A stretch of DNA of 64,000 nucleotides, from positions 77,998,001 through 78,062,000 of the forward strand of contig NC_045697.1 in NCBI RefSeq assembly GCF_009834535.1, in the 5' to 3' direction. The notes beneath the pieces were generated by a model. That model searched no databases and had not been told where the DNA came from. It saw nothing but the letters and a program-made list of their open reading frames with translations. Every line of letters begins with the position of its first letter. Position 1 is the stretch's first letter. This document shows, piece by piece, positions 61,591-64,000 of the stretch. Source of the stretch: Camelus ferus (lineage: Eukaryota). The position numbers and the translations under genes are program-made.

Positions 61591-61733
61591 GGGGGGAGGA
61601 TATAGCTCAGTGGTACAGTAACTGCTTAGCATACATGAGGTCCTGGGTTCAGTCCCCAGTGCCTCCATTGAAGTAAATAAATAAATAAATAAATAAACCC
61701 CTGATTATTTGCCCTCCCCCAATTAAAAAATAA
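61591..61733 (+). mobile_element. Camelid tRNA-derived SINE (vic-1 type), long form with TSD
   Basis: ggggggaggatatagctcagtggtacag...gaggtcctgggttcagtccccag, then (TAAA)n and a C-rich/A tail. TSD aacataaatgact (61577-61589) / aacatagatgact (61734-61746). Confidence 0.95.
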
Positions 61734-62749
61734 AACATAGATGACTAGTCACTGTGAATTCCAATGTAATGTAATTTAAGATTTTTACTACAAATGACCT
61801 TTTAGAGAATTTAGATTAAAAATTTTCAGTAAATAAGCCAAGGTAGGTAACTCCACTTTTCAGCTAAAGTAATTGTGAATCTAGGAACGTGAGTGAGTGG
61901 CTATTCCCTGTTGCTCTATATGGAGTCTATGCCTCGTTCAAGCAAGGTCAGGACCATAGCTAGATCATTTGAAAAAACTCTTGGTATAGAATTCTAACCA
62001 AGTCAGACATAAGTTGTAGATATACGTGAAGTGACTTTTGTCTTCCTGACATATTAAGCTTCAACATGATACTACAGTGTCTGTAAAACAAAGGAGGAAG
62101 CATCTATTTCACAAAACAGGATATGGCCAAGTCACTTGGTTAAAAGAAAGGATCATATTTATTTTTCAATTAATTAATTATTTAAAATACCAGTTACAAG
62201 TAAAATAAGCCAATCCTCTTGCCTCGCCCCTCAACAAAACAGAACAAAACAAAACACCTAAACCAACAAATCCATATACTGCAGTACTATTTAAATGCTG
62301 ATAGGAAAATTGACAGTGTTTTTTTACTTAATATTTCTTGATTTCTCGTATTTGTCGACTAACTCTTAAGTTTTATCTTCTCTGGAGAAAGAGCAGCCTG
62401 TGTCTTGTGTTTTTACACATCATCAATTTGAATATGTTTCAAATTAATTGTCAGTGTGAGATATTGAGAAAGGGAGCTTAAGAATAAGATGATAGCAGTG
62501 TAAAAGGAAATTTGAAATAAATATATATAGCTCAGTTTAAAACTATATATATTTTACCAGTGGGAAGGGTGGGATCAGAGTAGGGCTGAGAAATTTGGGG
62601 TATAAGGGTTAAGCCTTGTTTTCATTTAAATATCTCATGTAGCCACTGAAGTGCTTTTTGGGGTTCCCACAGTAACACAGCAAGAAGGTACTCACCCAGC
62701 ATTAGTGGAGAAAACATATAACCAGTAAAGCGTGTGAATTGTATGTATC

Positions 62750-63058
62750 CAGTTGGCCCTCCATGTCTGAAAATCTTGAATCCTTAGGTTTAAACAACCA
62801 ATTCTAAAAAGAAAAAGAATCCCAGAAAGTTCCCAAAAGCAAAACTTGAATTTGCCACATATGATGGCAACTATTTACATAGCATTGACATTGTATTAGG
62901 TATTATAAGTAATCAAAAGGTGATTTAAAATATACAGAAGGATGTACGTAGGTTATAAGCAAAAACTATGCCATTTTATATAAGGGACTTGAGCATCTGC
63001 AGATTCTGATATCCTCGGGGGTCCTGAAATCAATTTCCTGTGGATACCAAGAGGACTG
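62750..63058. mobile_element. TcMar-Tigger MITE (Tigger3/MER7-like)
   Basis: Termini cagttggccctcc / ccaagaggactg, with internal caactatttacatagcattgacattgtattaggtattataagtaatc and gggacttgagcatc. Confidence 0.9.
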
Positions 63059-63499
63059 TGTAGACAATTACAAATACTAGGTGAAACAGTGTCGGTCATT
63101 TAACCTCAGAACTCTTTGGTGTGGATAGCTGAAGTGAACTTGATAGTGACTTGGCAAATCTAAGCATTTCTTTTTTTTCATTATCTTTGTGTCATGAAAA
63201 TGGTGATTAATTGTGTAGTTAACCCATGACTGGCTACACAGGGGCCCCATTCTCTAGCATCAATCCCATATAAAATGGGTCTTACCAGCTTATAAAAGGA
63301 AATGCTGTAAATAACATTAATTTTTATAAGTTGAAGCACATCATAAATGCAATAATAAAACTCTTTATTGAAGGACAATATCTAAAAAAAAAAAAAAAAA
63401 GTAGGGAGAGAGAGAGAGAAAGAAAGAAAATACATCAGAAGAATCCTCTTAGTATAAGAATAATATCTGCTCCATCACTTACTCTCCACAGGTGTTAGG

Positions 63500-63760
63500 A
63501 AGCAGCAAGTTGTGGTACAAACAACAAAGACTTAGCCCCAAGAAATCTGGGTTCTAGTTCCTGTCCTGACTGTCACTAGCAGTATGACTTTAAGCAAAGC
63601 TAACATTGCAGGATAACTCTTTCCGTTGGTGAGGGAGCTGTACTGGATTATGCCCAAGAATTTCTCCAGCTCTAAAGTTTCATGTTTTATTTTCCAGATT
63701 TGGATTTTCATTGATGGCAAGATGTTTTCATGGTTGCACACCTGTATTATATAACTAGGG
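63500..63760 (+). mobile_element. MIR3/MIR SINE
   Basis: ctgggttctagttcctgtcctgactgtcactagcagtatgactttaagcaa...tggattatgcccaagaatttctccagctctaaa. Confidence 0.7.
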
Positions 63761-64000
63761 TGACAGAGTGCAAAATTAATACTAATCCCCAGAACTGATT
63801 TAAAGCTATTTGAATTGGGGTGCATTGATTACCATCTTATTAACCTGAAAGGGATAATGAAACTTCCAAAGCCTCTCGACTAACTGTAGAGATTAGTTTT
63901 TGTTTCGGAGAATCTAGTCCCAGGTATGGTATCAGTATGCATGACCATTGCTTTGGACTTATTGGTGAGATAAAGAATGGTTTCAAAAGTCATGGGACTC

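Noticed and set aside
61591..61665. tRNA gene (also at 3.9, 10.4 and 52.9 kb)
   Set aside because: The A and B boxes are present, but A-rich tails, a TSD and dispersed diverged copies show these are SINEs.
1..64000. CRISPR arrays, operons, rRNA, an intact provirus or other prokaryote/virus-type systems
   Set aside because: There is no regularly spaced repeat-spacer structure, no gene-dense ORF organisation and no gag/pol/env between LTRs. The sequence is eutherian non-coding DNA.

Overview
This is AT-rich, CpG-depleted mammalian DNA, very probably from a camelid (alpaca, llama or camel). That call rests on four copies of a short tRNA-derived SINE of the vic-1 type and on young L1 3' UTRs. 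The window is mostly non-coding and dominated by decayed transposable elements: MIR, L2, L1 of several ages, MaLR/ERVL solo LTRs, and MER5, MER20 and Tigger DNA transposons. I can identify no host protein-coding gene. The only ORFs with recognisable homology are broken L1 ORF2 and L2 reverse-transcriptase remnants. The best non-repeat signals are: (i) a CpG-enriched promoter/first-exon-like island at about 18.8-19.3 kb; (ii) two short, well-formed + strand exon candidates (17325-17370 and 57982-58025); and (iii) weaker - strand exon candidates that might form a divergent transcript. Smaller oddities include a 21-bp exact piece of a nearby LTR found inside a MIR, a triple-nested L1 with visible target-site duplications, and twin palindromes with identical arms. 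I found no convincing novel biological system. Repeat subfamily names are from memory of consensus sequences, and repeat boundaries are approximate unless a TSD or terminus is quoted.
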